Shown here: positions 1 to 12,000 of the stretch, piece after piece
Layout of the letters: each line of letters opens with the position of its first letter
How positions within the stretch are numbered: position 1 is the stretch's first letter
Program-made: the position numbers and the translations under genes
Notes under the pieces: model-generated
Database searches by the model: none
What the model saw: only the letters and a program-made list of their open reading frames with translations
What the model was told of the DNA's origin: nothing
NCBI GenBank assembly: GCA_965221365.1
Contig: OZ244884.1
Location: 773,493-837,492, forward strand
Source: Nitrospirales bacterium
Lineage (GTDB): Bacteria; Nitrospirota; Nitrospiria; Nitrospirales; UBA8639
Direction: 5' to 3'
Length of the DNA stretch: 64,000 bases

Positions 1-3000
1 GCGTCGGTGGCGGTGTAGGTGTACTGCGTCGCATCCTGGACCGCGCTCGGGGTGCCGGTGAGGGTGCGGTTGGTGGCGTCGAAGTTCAGGCCGGCCGGGG
101 CGTTGGGGCTCAGGCTGTAGGTCAGGGTGCCGTTGCCGCCGGTGGCTTCCGGCAGGGTCAAAGTCGCGATGGCCGTGTTGCGGGTGTAGTTCTGGTCGGC
201 GATGGTCTCGGTGCCGAAGCTGGGATCAGTATCGACCCGCGGCGTCGCGGTGACGGTGTCGGAGGCGTCGCTGTTGCCGGCGTTGTTCACCGCCCGGATC
301 TGGAAGGCGTACTGCTGGCCGTTGGTCAGGCCGGTGACCGTGTGGCTGGTGGTGCCGGCGCCGCTGCCGGTGATGTCGGCCCAGGCGGTGCTGCCGGGCA
401 CGGTTGCGCCCTGGGCCTGGCGGAGCTGGTACTTGGTGATGCTGGAGTCGTTCGGGTTGTTCCAGCTCAGGGTGACTTCGGTGTCGCCGGGCGCGGCGGC
501 CAGGTTGGCGGGCGCGGCGGGTACCGGTGGCGGCGGTGTTGCCTTGAAGATGATCTTCTGGTTGCCAATCGCAAGTTCGATGTGGAAATCGTTGTCGCCC
601 AGGGTGCTTAGCAGGGTGCCTGAAAACGTTACGTTCTTGCCCGTGAGATCGTAGGTGTTTCCGGTGAGATTGGCCTGGTCTATTTCCAATTCTCCATAAA
701 ATGTACCGAGCCAGAATGTGAAATCTCGATTGTAGTTGCTTGGGCTTTCGTATTGTGAAGTACCCGAGTAGGTATTCAGCCCGGTGGTTGTGATGTTCGG
801 GAGCGAGCTAAATCTGCTGACGGGTGTGGAATCCAAATTCGGTGGATGAATCTGCCACCTAGCCGAATCGTTAAACTGGATACCTTCGATTCCACTACCA
901 AGCCTCAACGTTGTATTGGAGGGATTACCGAAGCCGGACACATCCAAACTGCCCGAGCCCGCAATGGTCACGGTGCTGCCGTCATCGGAGAAGGTGAAGG
1001 TCAACGTGCGCGCCGGCGTCGAGGGCGCCATCGGTGTGGCCGCGGCGGTGGCCGCCTCGCCGTTGCCGGCGGTGTTGGTGGCGCGCACCGCGAAGGTGTA
1101 GCCGGTGCCGTTGGTCAGGCCCGTCGCCGTGTAGGCGGTGGCCGTGCCGGCGAGATCGGTCCAGGCGTCGCTGGCGGTGAACGGCAGGTCCGCCGTGGCC
1201 TTCCAGCGTACTTGTACGGCGCCGATCACGCTGGCGTTGGTGGGCAGGGTCCAGCTCAATTCGACCTGAGTGTTGCCGCCGGTGGCCGTCAGGCTCGTCG
1301 GCGCATCGGGCACCGCCAGCTTCGGCTGGGCGGCCACGGCCACCGAGTCGCTGCTGCCGGCGAGGTTGCTGGCGCGGACCTCGAACTCGTAGGTCACGCC
1401 GTTGTCGAGGCTGGTCACGGTGCTGGTGGTGGCGTCCTTGGCCAGCAGGGTCCATTGGCTCCAGCTTGTGTCCGTCTTCTTCTTGTGGCGCACGTCGATG
1501 GTGTCAACCGCGCCCTTGTCCGGCAGGTCCCAGGTCAGGGTCACCGTTGTGTCACCGGCGCTGGCCTGCAGGTTGCTCGGGGCTGAGGGCTTCGCCAGCT
1601 GCGGCGTGCCCTCGACGCTGGCCGACGGGCCCGTGCCCGCGGTGTTCACCGCGCGCACCTCGAACAGGTAGTCGGTGCCATTGACCAGGCCCGTCACCCG
1701 GGACCGTTCCGCCGTGCCCGCCAGCGAGGTCCACTGGCTCCAGCCGGTGTCGGGGGCCATCTTCACCTTGTGGCGCAGCTCGACGCTGTCGATCTGTCTG
1801 GTGTTGGTCGGCAGGGTCCACAGCACCACCACCTCGGTGTCGCCGGGCACCGTGCTCAGCTTGGTCGGCGCGCCAGGCGCCACCAGCGGGGGCACCGGAG
1901 TGGCCGAGACCGACGCCGCCGCGCCGGGGCCGGAGGCGTTCTCCGCCCGCACCTCGAAGTTGTACAGCTCCCCGTTGGTCAGGCCGGTCACGGTGTGGGT
2001 GGTGGCGTTCGCGGCCAGGTCAACCCAGGCCTCCCAGTCCTTCGCCGTGTCCGCCTTGTGGCGCGCCTGCACCTTGGTCAGCACGCCGGAGTTTGTCGGC
2101 AGGGTCCAGCTCAGGACGACTTGCGTGTCGCCGGGGGCCGCCGCCAGGCCGGTCGGTGCGGTCGGCACCGCCACCGGCGTCGAATCCACCTCCGCCACGG
2201 CGCCGCGGCCCGCGCCGTTCAGCGCGCGCACGATGAACGTGTACTCGCTGCCGTTGGTCAGGCCGGTGACTTCGTGGCTGGTCGCGTCCTTCGCCAGGTC
2301 AACCCAAGGCTGGAAGTTCGCCGCGCTCTTCAGCTTGTAGGCCACCTGCATCCTGTCGATTTCGCTGGTGTTGGTGGGCAGGTCCCACGTCAGGCCGACC
2401 TTGCCGTCGCCCGGCGCCGCGGTCAGGTTGCCGGGGGCGTCGGGGATCGCCAGCTTCGGCGTCGCCGTCACCGCCGAGGCCGCGCCTGCGCCGTCGGCGT
2501 TCACCGCGCGGACCTCGAAGGCGTGTTGCTTGCCGTTGGTCAGGCCGGTCACCGTGTGACCGGTGGTGCCGGCGTTGCTGCCGGCGATGTCGGTCCAAGG
2601 CTCGCTGTCGGGCACGCTGGCGCCTTCAATATAGCGGACCTGGTACTTGGTGATGCTGTTGTCCCGCGCATGGGTCCACGTCAACGTCACTTGGGTGTCG
2701 CCGGCCGTCGCCGCCAGGTCGGCGGGCGCGGACGGGACCGCCAGCTCCGGCCTTCCGGCCGTCCGCGCCGCCGGGCCGGTGCCGGACGCGCTCTCCGCGC
2801 GCACTTCGAAGAGGTAGTCCTGGCCGTTCTTTAGGTTGGCCACGGTGTGGGTGGTGGCGTCCGCAGCCAGGTCGGTCCAGGGCTCCCAGGTGGTCTCGCC
2901 CCGGGCTTGGTGGCGCACCTGCACCTTGTCCAGCACGCTGGCGTTGGTGGGCAGGTCCCAGCTCAGGCTCACCGAGCGGTCGCCGGCGGTGGCCGTCAGG

Positions 3001-6000
3001 TTGTCCGGGGCGTCGGGAACCGCCACTTGCGGCGTCGCCGTCACCGCCGAGGCCGCGCCTGCGCCGTCGGCGTTCACCGCGCGGACCTCGAAGGCGTGCA
3101 GGGTGTCGTTGGTCAGGCCGGTCACTTCGTGGCCGGTGGTGCCGGCGCCGCTGCCGGCGATGTCGGTCCAGCTCTCGGTGCCGGGTACGCTCGCGCCTTC
3201 GGCGTAGCGGAACTGGTACTTGGTGATGCTGCTGTCGCGCGACTGGGTCCACGCCAGCGTTACCTTGGTGTCGCCGACCGTCACGGTCAGATCGGCGGGC
3301 GCGGACGGCACCTTGCCCGGCCCCGCCTCGGGCGTCGCGTCCACCTTCGCCTCGGCGCCGCGGCCCGCGCCGTTCAGCGCGCGCACGATGAAGTTGTACT
3401 CGGTGCCGTTGGTCAGGCCGGTGACGTCGTAACTGGTCGCGTCTTTCGCCAGGTCGACCCAGGGCAGGTAGTTGGCCGCGCCGGACTCCCGGTAGGCCAC
3501 CTGCATCTTGTCGATTTCGCTGGTGTTGGTCGGCAGGTCCCAGGTCAGGGCCACCGCGCCGTCGCCCGCGGAGGCGGTCAGGTTGCCGGGGGCGTCGGGA
3601 ATCGCCAGCTTCGGCTGGGCGGCCACGGCCACCGAGTCGCTGCTGCCGGCGGTGTTGCTGGCGCGGACTTCGAACTCGTAGGGCACGCCGTTGTCAAGGC
3701 CGGTCTCAGTGTGGGTGGTGGCGTCCTTGGCCAGCAGGGTCCATTGGCTCCAGCTCGTGTCCGCCCTCTTCTTGTGGCGCACGTCGATGGTGTCCACGGT
3801 GCCCTTGTCCGGCAGATCCCAGGTCAAGGTCACCGTTGTGTCGCCGGCGTTGGCCTGCAGGTTGCTCGGGGCCGAGGGCTTCGCCAGCTCCGGCGTGCCC
3901 TCGACGCTGGCCGACGGACCCGTGCCCGCGGTGTTCACCGCGCGGACTTCGAACAGGTAGTCAGTGCCGTTGACCAGGCCCGTCACCCGGGACCGCTCCG
4001 CCGTGCCCGCCAGCGAGGTCCACTGGCTCCAGCCGGTGTCGGGATCCGTCTTCACCTTGTGGCGCAGCTCGACGCTGTCGATCTGGCTGGTGTTGGTCGG
4101 CAGGGTCCACAGCACCACCACTTCGGTGTCGCCGGGCACCGTGCTCAGGTTGGTCGGCGCGCCAGGCGTCACCAGCGGCGGCGCCCGCGGGGTCGCCGCG
4201 CCGGTGGCCGGCTCGCCGTTGCCGGCGGTGTTGGTGGCGCGCACCTGGAAGGTGTAGCCGGTGCCGTTGGTCAGGCCGGTGACCTTGTGGCTGGTGGCGT
4301 CGGCGGACGGCAGGTCGGTCCATTTGTCGCGGGCGTCGTCGAACGGCAGGTCCACCGTCGCCTTCCAGCGCACCTGCACGGTGACAATCTCGCTGGTGTT
4401 GGTGGGCAGCGTCCAGTTCAGGTCCACTTCGGCGTTGCCCGCCGTGGCGCTGAGCCCGGTCGGGGCGCCGGGGACCGCCAGCTCCGGCCTTCCGGCCGTC
4501 CGCGCCGCCGGGCCGGCGCCGGACGCGCTCTCCGCGCGCACTTCGAAGAGGTAGTCCTGGCCGTTCTTCAGGTTGGTCACGGTGTGCGTGGTCGCGTCTG
4601 CGGCCAGGTCCGTCCAGGGCTCCCAGGTGGTTTCGCCCCGGGCCTGGTGGCGCACCTGCACCTTGTCCAGCACGCTGGCGTTGGTGGGCAGGTCCCAGCT
4701 CAGGCTCACCGAGCGGTCGCCCGCGGTGGCCGTCAGGTTCTCCGGGGCGTCCGGGACCGCCACTTGCGGCGTCGCCTTGATCGCGTCGGAGGCGTCGCCC
4801 GGGAGGCTGCCGGCCACGGCGCGGATCTGGAAGGTGTACTCGGTGCCGTTGGTCAGGCCGGTCACGGTGTGGGTGATGGTGTCGGCGCCGCTGCCGGGAA
4901 TGTCATCCCACAGGTCGATCCCCGCGCTTTCAAAATCGAATATCTGGTACTTGGTGATGCTGTCGTCACCGGGGTCGGCCCAGATCAGGGTGACTTCCGT
5001 GTCGCCGGCTACGGCGGTGAAGTTTCTGGGCTTGGCGGGCGGCTCGACCGCCTTGGCGATGGTGATGTTGAACGTCAGGCTCGCCGTGTCGCCGTCCGCG
5101 TCGGTGACGGTGTAGGTGTACTGCGTCGCATCCTGGACCGCGCTCGGGGTGCCGGTGAGGGTGCGGTTGGTGGCGTCGAAGTTCAGGCCGGCCGGGGCGT
5201 TCGGGCTCAGGCTGTAGGTCAGGGTGCCGTTGCCGCCGGTGGCTTCAGGCAGGGTCAGCGTGGCGATGGCCGTGTTCTGGGTGTAGGTCTGGTCGGCGAT
5301 GGTCTCGGTGCCGAAGCTCGGCGCAACGTCCGCCTCCACCGTCACGACGAACTCGTCGTCCACCGTGCCGGCCTTGTTGTCGTCCGCCGTCACCGTCACC
5401 GTCGACGTGCCCGCCGCGACCCCGACAACCGTCACCGTCGCGTCCTTCACCGTCACCGTCGCCTTCGACGTGTCGTCCGAACTTGCCGTGTAGGTCAACG
5501 GGTCCTTGTCCGGGTCGTTGAACACCAGCGACACGTCCACGTCCCGCGTCTCGCCCACGGACAGCGTCAGGTCCTCGATCTCCTTCGCGACTATCGGCGG
5601 ATCGTTCGGCAGCCCATGCACCGTCACCGTGAACGTGGTCGAGACCGTGCCGCCCCTGCCGTCGTCCGCCGTCACCGTCACCGTCGGTTTGCCGGCCGAC
5701 ACCGACGTGTAGGTGAGCGTGGACCCGTTCACCGCCACCGTCACCTGGGTGGTGTCGCTCGATACCGCGCTGAAGGTCAGCGGGTCCTTGTCCGGGTCAC
5801 TGAACACCGCCGACAGGTCCACGGTGCCGGACTTGCCCTCGTTCAGCTCCGCGTCCGGGATCGCCTTGTCCACCACCGGCGGGTTGTTCGGCGGCGCCAC
5901 GGCGATGTTAAACGTCAGGCTGACCGCGTCGCCGTCGGCGTCGGTGGCGGTGTAGGTGTACGCCGTCGCATTCTGGGTGGCGGTGGGCGTGCCCGTCAGG

Positions 6001-9000
6001 GTGCGGTTGGTGGCGTCGAAGTTCAGACCGGCCGGGGCGTTCGGGGTCAGGCTGTAGGTCAGGGTGCGGTTGCCGCCGGTGGCTTCAGGCAGGTTCAAGG
6101 TCGCGATGGCCGTGTTCTGGGTGTAGGTCTGGTCGGCGATGGTCTCGGTGCCGAAGCTCGGCGCAACGTCCGCCTCCACCGTCACGACGAACTCGTCGTC
6201 CACCGTGCCGGCCTTGTTGTCGTCCGCCGTCACCGTCACCGTCGACGTGCCCGCCGCGACCCCGACAACCGTCACCGTCGCGTCCTTCACCGTCACCGTC
6301 GCCTTCGACGTGTCGTCCGAACTTGCCGTGTAGGTCAACGGGTCCTTGTCCGGGTCGTTGAACACCAGCGACACGTCCACGTCCCGACTCTCGCCCACGG
6401 ACAGCGTCAGGTCCTCGATCTCCTTCGCGACTATCGGCGGATCGTTCGGCAGCCCATGCACCGTCACCGTGAACGTGGTCGAGACCGTGCCGCCCCTGCC
6501 GTCGTCCGCCGTCACCGTCACCGTCGGTTTGCCGGCCGACACCGACGTGTAGGTGAGCGTGGACCCGTTCACCGCCACCGTCACCTGGGTGGTGTCGCTC
6601 GATACCGCGCTGAAGGTCAGCGGGTCCTTGTCCGGGTCACTGAACACCGCCGACAGGTCCACGGTGCCGGACTTGCCCTCGTTCAGCTCCGCGTCCGGGA
6701 TCGCCTTGTCCACCACCGGCGGGTTGTTCGGCGGCGCCACGGCGATGTTAAACGTCAGGCTGGCCGTGTCGCCGTCGGCGTCGGTGACGGTGTAGGTGTA
6801 CGCCGTCGCATTCTGGGTGGCGGTGGGCGTGCCCGTCAGGGTGCGGTTGGTGGCGTCGAAGTTCAGGCCCGCCGGGGCGTTCGGGGTCAGGCTGTAGGTC
6901 AGGGTGCCGTTGCCGCCGGTTGCTTCGGGCAGGGTCAGCGTGGCGATGGCCGTGTTCCGGGTGTAGTTCTGGTCCGCGATGGTCTCGGTGCCGAAGCTGG
7001 GCGTGGTGTCGGCCTCCGGCGTTGCCGTGGCGGTATCGGAGGCGGCGCTGTTGCCGCGGGCGTTCACCGCGCGAATCTCGAAGGCGTACTCGGTTTCGTT
7101 GGTGAGGCCGCTGACCGTGTGGCTGGTGGTGCCGGCGCCGCTGCCGGTGATGTCTTCCCAGTTGGCGGTAGTGGGCACGGTGGAACCCGCGCCGTAGCGC
7201 ACCTGGTACCTGGTGATGTTGCTGTCGTTCGGGTTGGTCCAAGCCAGGTCAACCTGGGCATTGCCCGCAGTCGCGGCCAGTCCGGTTGGCGCGTTTGGCA
7301 CCGTGGCCGGGTTCGCCGTCTGGAACACGATCTTCTGGTTGCCGATGGCGAATTCGATGTCGAAGTCGTTGTCGCCCAGCGTGGATTGCAGGGTGCCATC
7401 GAAGGTCGCCGCGCCGTTCGCGATCTGGTAGATGTCGCCGGTGAAATTGGCGCTGTCCATTTCCAGGTACTTGGAATAGGTGCTGAACCGGATGTAATAG
7501 CTAGAACTGTAATTGACCATGTTTTCCAGTTCGCTAGTGCCACCGTAGGACGTCTCGCCGGTGGTCACGAAGTCCGGCAGCGAGTCATAACGTTTGATCG
7601 GGATGGAATTGGGCGGGTGGATGCCCCAGATTTCCGTATCGTTCATCCGGATCCTCGAGAGATCCGCCGGCACACCGACTCGATCAAAATTGAAGCTTGA
7701 GGCATCCAGGCTGCCCGAGGCGGCGATGGTCACGGTGCTGCCGTTATCGGAGAAGGTGTAGGTCAGCGTGCGCGCCTGGGTCGGGGGCGCCATCGGTGTG
7801 GCCGCGACGGTGGCCGCGGGGCCGTCGCCGGCGGTGTTGGTGGCGCGCACTTCAAAGGTGTAGCCGGTGCCGTTGGTCAGGCCCGTCGCCGTGTAGGCGG
7901 TGGCCGTGCCGGCGAGGTCGGTCCAAGCGTCGCTGGCGGTGAACGGCAGGTCGGCGGTGGCCTTCCAGCGCACTTGCACGGCGCCGATCACGCTGGCGTT
8001 GGTGGGCAAGGTCCAGCTCAATTCGACCTGGGCGTTGCCGGCGGTGGCCGTCAGGCTCGTCGGGGCTTCCGGCACCGCCAGCTTCGGCTGGGCGGCCACG
8101 GCCACCGAGTCGCTGCTGCCGGCGAGGTTGCTGGCGCGGACCTCGAACTCGTAGGTCACGCCGTTGTCGAGGCCGGTCTCAGTGTGGGTGGTGGCGTCCT
8201 TGGCCAGCAGGGTCCAGAGGCTCCAGGCCGTGTCCGTCTTCTTCTTGTGGCGCACGTCGATGGTGTCCACGGTGCCCTTGTCCGGCAGGTCCCAGGTCAG
8301 GGTCACCTGGGTGTCGCCCGCGCTGGCCTGCAGGTTGCTCGGGGCTGAGGGCTTCGCCAGCTGCGGCGTGCCCTCGACGCTGGCCGACGGGCCCGTGCCC
8401 GCGGCGTTCACCGCGCGGACCTCGAACAGGTAGTCGGTGCCGTTGACCAGGCCCGTCACCCGGGACCGCTCCGCCGTGCCCGCCAGCGAAGTCCACTGGC
8501 TCCAGCCGGTGTCGGGGGCCATCTTCACCTTGTGGCGCAGCTCGACGCTGTCGATCTGTCTGGTGTTGGTCGGCAGGGTCCACAGCACCACCACCTCGGT
8601 GTCGCCGGGCACCGCGCTCAGCTTGGTCGGCGCCCCAGGCGCCACCAGCGGGGGCACCGGGGTGGCCGAGACCGACGCCGCCGCGCCGGGGCCGGAGGCG
8701 TTCTCCGCCCGCACCTCGAAGTTGTACAGCTCCCCGTTGGTCAGGCCGGTCACGGTGTGGGTGGTGGCGTTCGCGGCCAGGTCAACCCAGGCCTGCCATT
8801 GCTTCGCCGTGTCCGCCTTGTGGCGCGCCTGCACCTTGGTCAGCGCGCCGGAGTTTGTCGGCAGGGTCCAGCTCAGGACGACTTGCGTGTCGCCGGGGGC
8901 CGCCGCCAGGCCGGTCGGTGCGGTCGGCACCGCCACCGGCGTCGCATCCACCTCCGCCACGGCGCCGCGGCCCGCGCCGTTCAGCGCGCGCACGATGAAC

Positions 9001-12000
9001 GTGTACTCGGTGCCGTTGGTCAGGCCGGTGACCTCGTAACTGGTGGCGTCCTTCGCCAGGTCAACCCAGGGCTGGAAGTTCGCCGCGCTCTTCAGCTTGT
9101 AGGCCACCTGCATCCTGTCGATTTCGCTGGTGTTGGTGGGCAGGTCCCACGTCAGGCCGACCTTGCCGTCGCCGGGCGCCGCGGTCAGGTTGCCGGGGGC
9201 GTCGGGGATCGCCAGCTTCGGCGTCGCCGTCACCGCTGACGCCGCGCCCGGGCCGTCGGCGTTCACCGCGCGGATCTCGAAGGCGTGTTGCTTGCCGTTG
9301 GCCAGGCCGGTCACCGTGTGGCCGGTGGTGCCGGCATTGCTGCCGGCGATGTCGGTCCAAGGCTCGCTGTCGGGCACGCTGGCGCCTTCAATATAGCGGA
9401 CCTGGTACTTGGTGATGCTGTTGTCCCGCGCATGGGTCCACGTCAACGTCACTTGGGTGTCGCCCGCCGTCGCCGCCAGGTCGGCGGGCGCGGACGGCAC
9501 CTTGCCCGGCCCCGCCTCGGGCGTCGCGTCCACCTTCGCCTCGGCGCCGCGGCCCGCGCCGTTCAGCGCGCGCACGATGAAGTTGTACTCGGTGCCGTTG
9601 GTCAGGCCGGTGACGTCGTAGCTGGTGGCGTCTTTCGCCAGGTCGACCCAGGGCAGGTAGTTGGCCGCGCCCGACTCCCGGTAGGCCACCTGCATCTTGT
9701 CGATTTCGCTGGTGTTGGTGGGCAGGTCCCAGGTCAGGGCCACCGCGCCGTCGCCCGCGGCGGCGGTCAGGTTGCCGGGGGCGTCCGGGACCGCCAGCTT
9801 CGGCTGGGCGGCCACGGCCACCGAGTCGCTGCTGCCGGCGGTGTTGGTGGCGCGGACTTCGAACTCGTAGCTCACGCCGTTGTCAAGGCCGGTCTCGGTG
9901 TGGGTGGTGGCGTCCTTGGCCAGCAGGGTCCATTGGCTCCAACTCGTGTCCGTCTTCTTCTTGTGGCGCACGTCGATGGTGTCGACGGTGCCCTTGTCCG
10001 GCAGATCCCAGGTCAGGGTCACCTGGGTGTCACCGGCGCTGGCCTGCAGGTTGCTCGGGGCCGAAGGCTTCGCCAACTTCGGCGTGCCCTCGACGCTGGC
10101 CGACGGGCCCGTGCCCGCGGTGTTCACCGCGCGGACCTCGAACAGGTAGTCGGTGCCGTTGACCAGGCCTGTCACCCGGGACCGCTCGGCCGTGCCCGCC
10201 AGGGAGGTCCATGCGCTCCAGCCGGTGTCGGGGGCCGTCTTCACCTTGTGGCGCAGCTCGACGCTGTCGATCTGGCTGGTGTTCGTGGGCAGGGTCCACA
10301 GCACCACCACTTCGGTGTCGCCGGGCACCGTGCTCAGGTTGGTCGGCGCGCCAGGCGTCACCAGCGGGGGCGCCCGCGGCGTCGCCGCGCCGGTGGCCGG
10401 CTCGCCGTTGCCAGCCTTGTTGGTGGCGCGCACCTGGAAGGTGTAGCCGGTGCCGTTGGTCAGGCCGGTGACCTTGTGGCTGGTGGCCGCGGAGGACGGA
10501 AGGTCGGTCCAGGCGTCGCGGGCGTCGTCGAACGGCAGGTCCACCGTCGCCTTCCAGCGCACCTGCACGGTGACAATCTCGCTGGTGTTGGTGGGCAGCG
10601 TCCAGTTCAGGTCCACTTCGGCGTTGCCCGCCGTGGCGCTGAGCCCGGTCGGGGCGCCGGGGACCGCCAGCTCCGGCCTTCCGGCCGTCCGCGCCGCCGG
10701 GCCGGTGCCGGACGCGCTCTCCGCGCGCACTTCGAAGAGGTAGTCCTGGCCGTTCTTCAGGTTGGTCACGGTGTGCGTGGTCGCGTCTGCGGCCAGGTCC
10801 GTCCAGGGCTCCCAGGTGGTTTCGCCCCGGGCCTGGTGGCGCACCTGCACCTTGTCCAGCACGCTGGCGTTGGTGGGCAGGTCCCAGCTCAGGCTCACCG
10901 AGCGGTCGCCCGCGGTGGCCGTCAGGTTCTCCGGGGCGTCCGGGACCGCCACTTGCGGCGTCGCCTTGATCGCGTCGGAGGCGTCGCCCGGGAGGCTGCC
11001 GGCCACGGCGCGGATCTGGAAGGTGTACTCGGTGCCGTTGGTCAGGCCGGTCACGGTGTGGGTGATGGTGTCGGCGCCGCTGCCGGGAATGTCATCCCAC
11101 AGGTCGATCCCCGCGCTTTCAAAATCGAATATCTGGTACTTGGTGATGCTGTCGTCACCGGGGTCGGCCCAGATCAGGGTGACTTCCGTGTCGCCGGCTA
11201 CGGCGGTGAAGTTTCTGGGCTTGGCGGGCGGCTCCAGTTCCTTATAGATAGCGGTGACCGTGGTCGCGGCGGCGTTGTCGTTGCCGGCGGCGTCCTGGGC
11301 CACGCTCGCCGCCACGGCGACGCTGAACTCGCCCGCGGCCTTCGGCGTGATCTTCGCCGTGTAGACCGGCGCTGCCGGATCCGGCTGGGCGAAGTCCGAA
11401 GCGTCGGCGTTGGTCAATGTGATGTCGCCGGCCTCGAAGCCGGTGACGGACTCGCTGAAGGTGAAGGTGGCATCCACCGCTGCGTTGACCGTTCCGGAAA
11501 CGCCCGTGATGGCCACCGTCGGCACCGTGTTGTCCAGCTCGTACGTAATCTGATTGCCGCGGGGCGGGGTCCGGTCACGGAGCGTATTGCCAACGCAGTC
11601 CGTGACCTCCGCATGATTCAGCGTCAAGGTGGCCGTGCCGTTGTAGCCAGCCAATGCGCCGCCGGAAATGTTTACGACGTAGGGAGCGTAGACTCCGCAG
11701 GTATTCGGATCGTCGGCCCCCGGGGTCACGGTCAGCGTCGGCTCCTGCGTGATCGCCGGCACGAAGGTAACCGTATAGGCAGCCGCACTACCGGCCCCCG
11801 AATGGCGCATGCTTTCGTTGTATTGAACCGCCCACTGCACCGAATCCCGGTTGGTCGGCGACTTCGCGTCGGTGTTCCCGGTTTCGCTGTCGTAACGGTG
11901 AATTGAAGTTACGTGTGGCGGGGTCCTGTCCAGCAGGTAGGTGTCGTCGTTGGTCCCCGTCGGCGTGGTGTCGGTCAGCGCGTTGCCGGCGGTATCCTCG

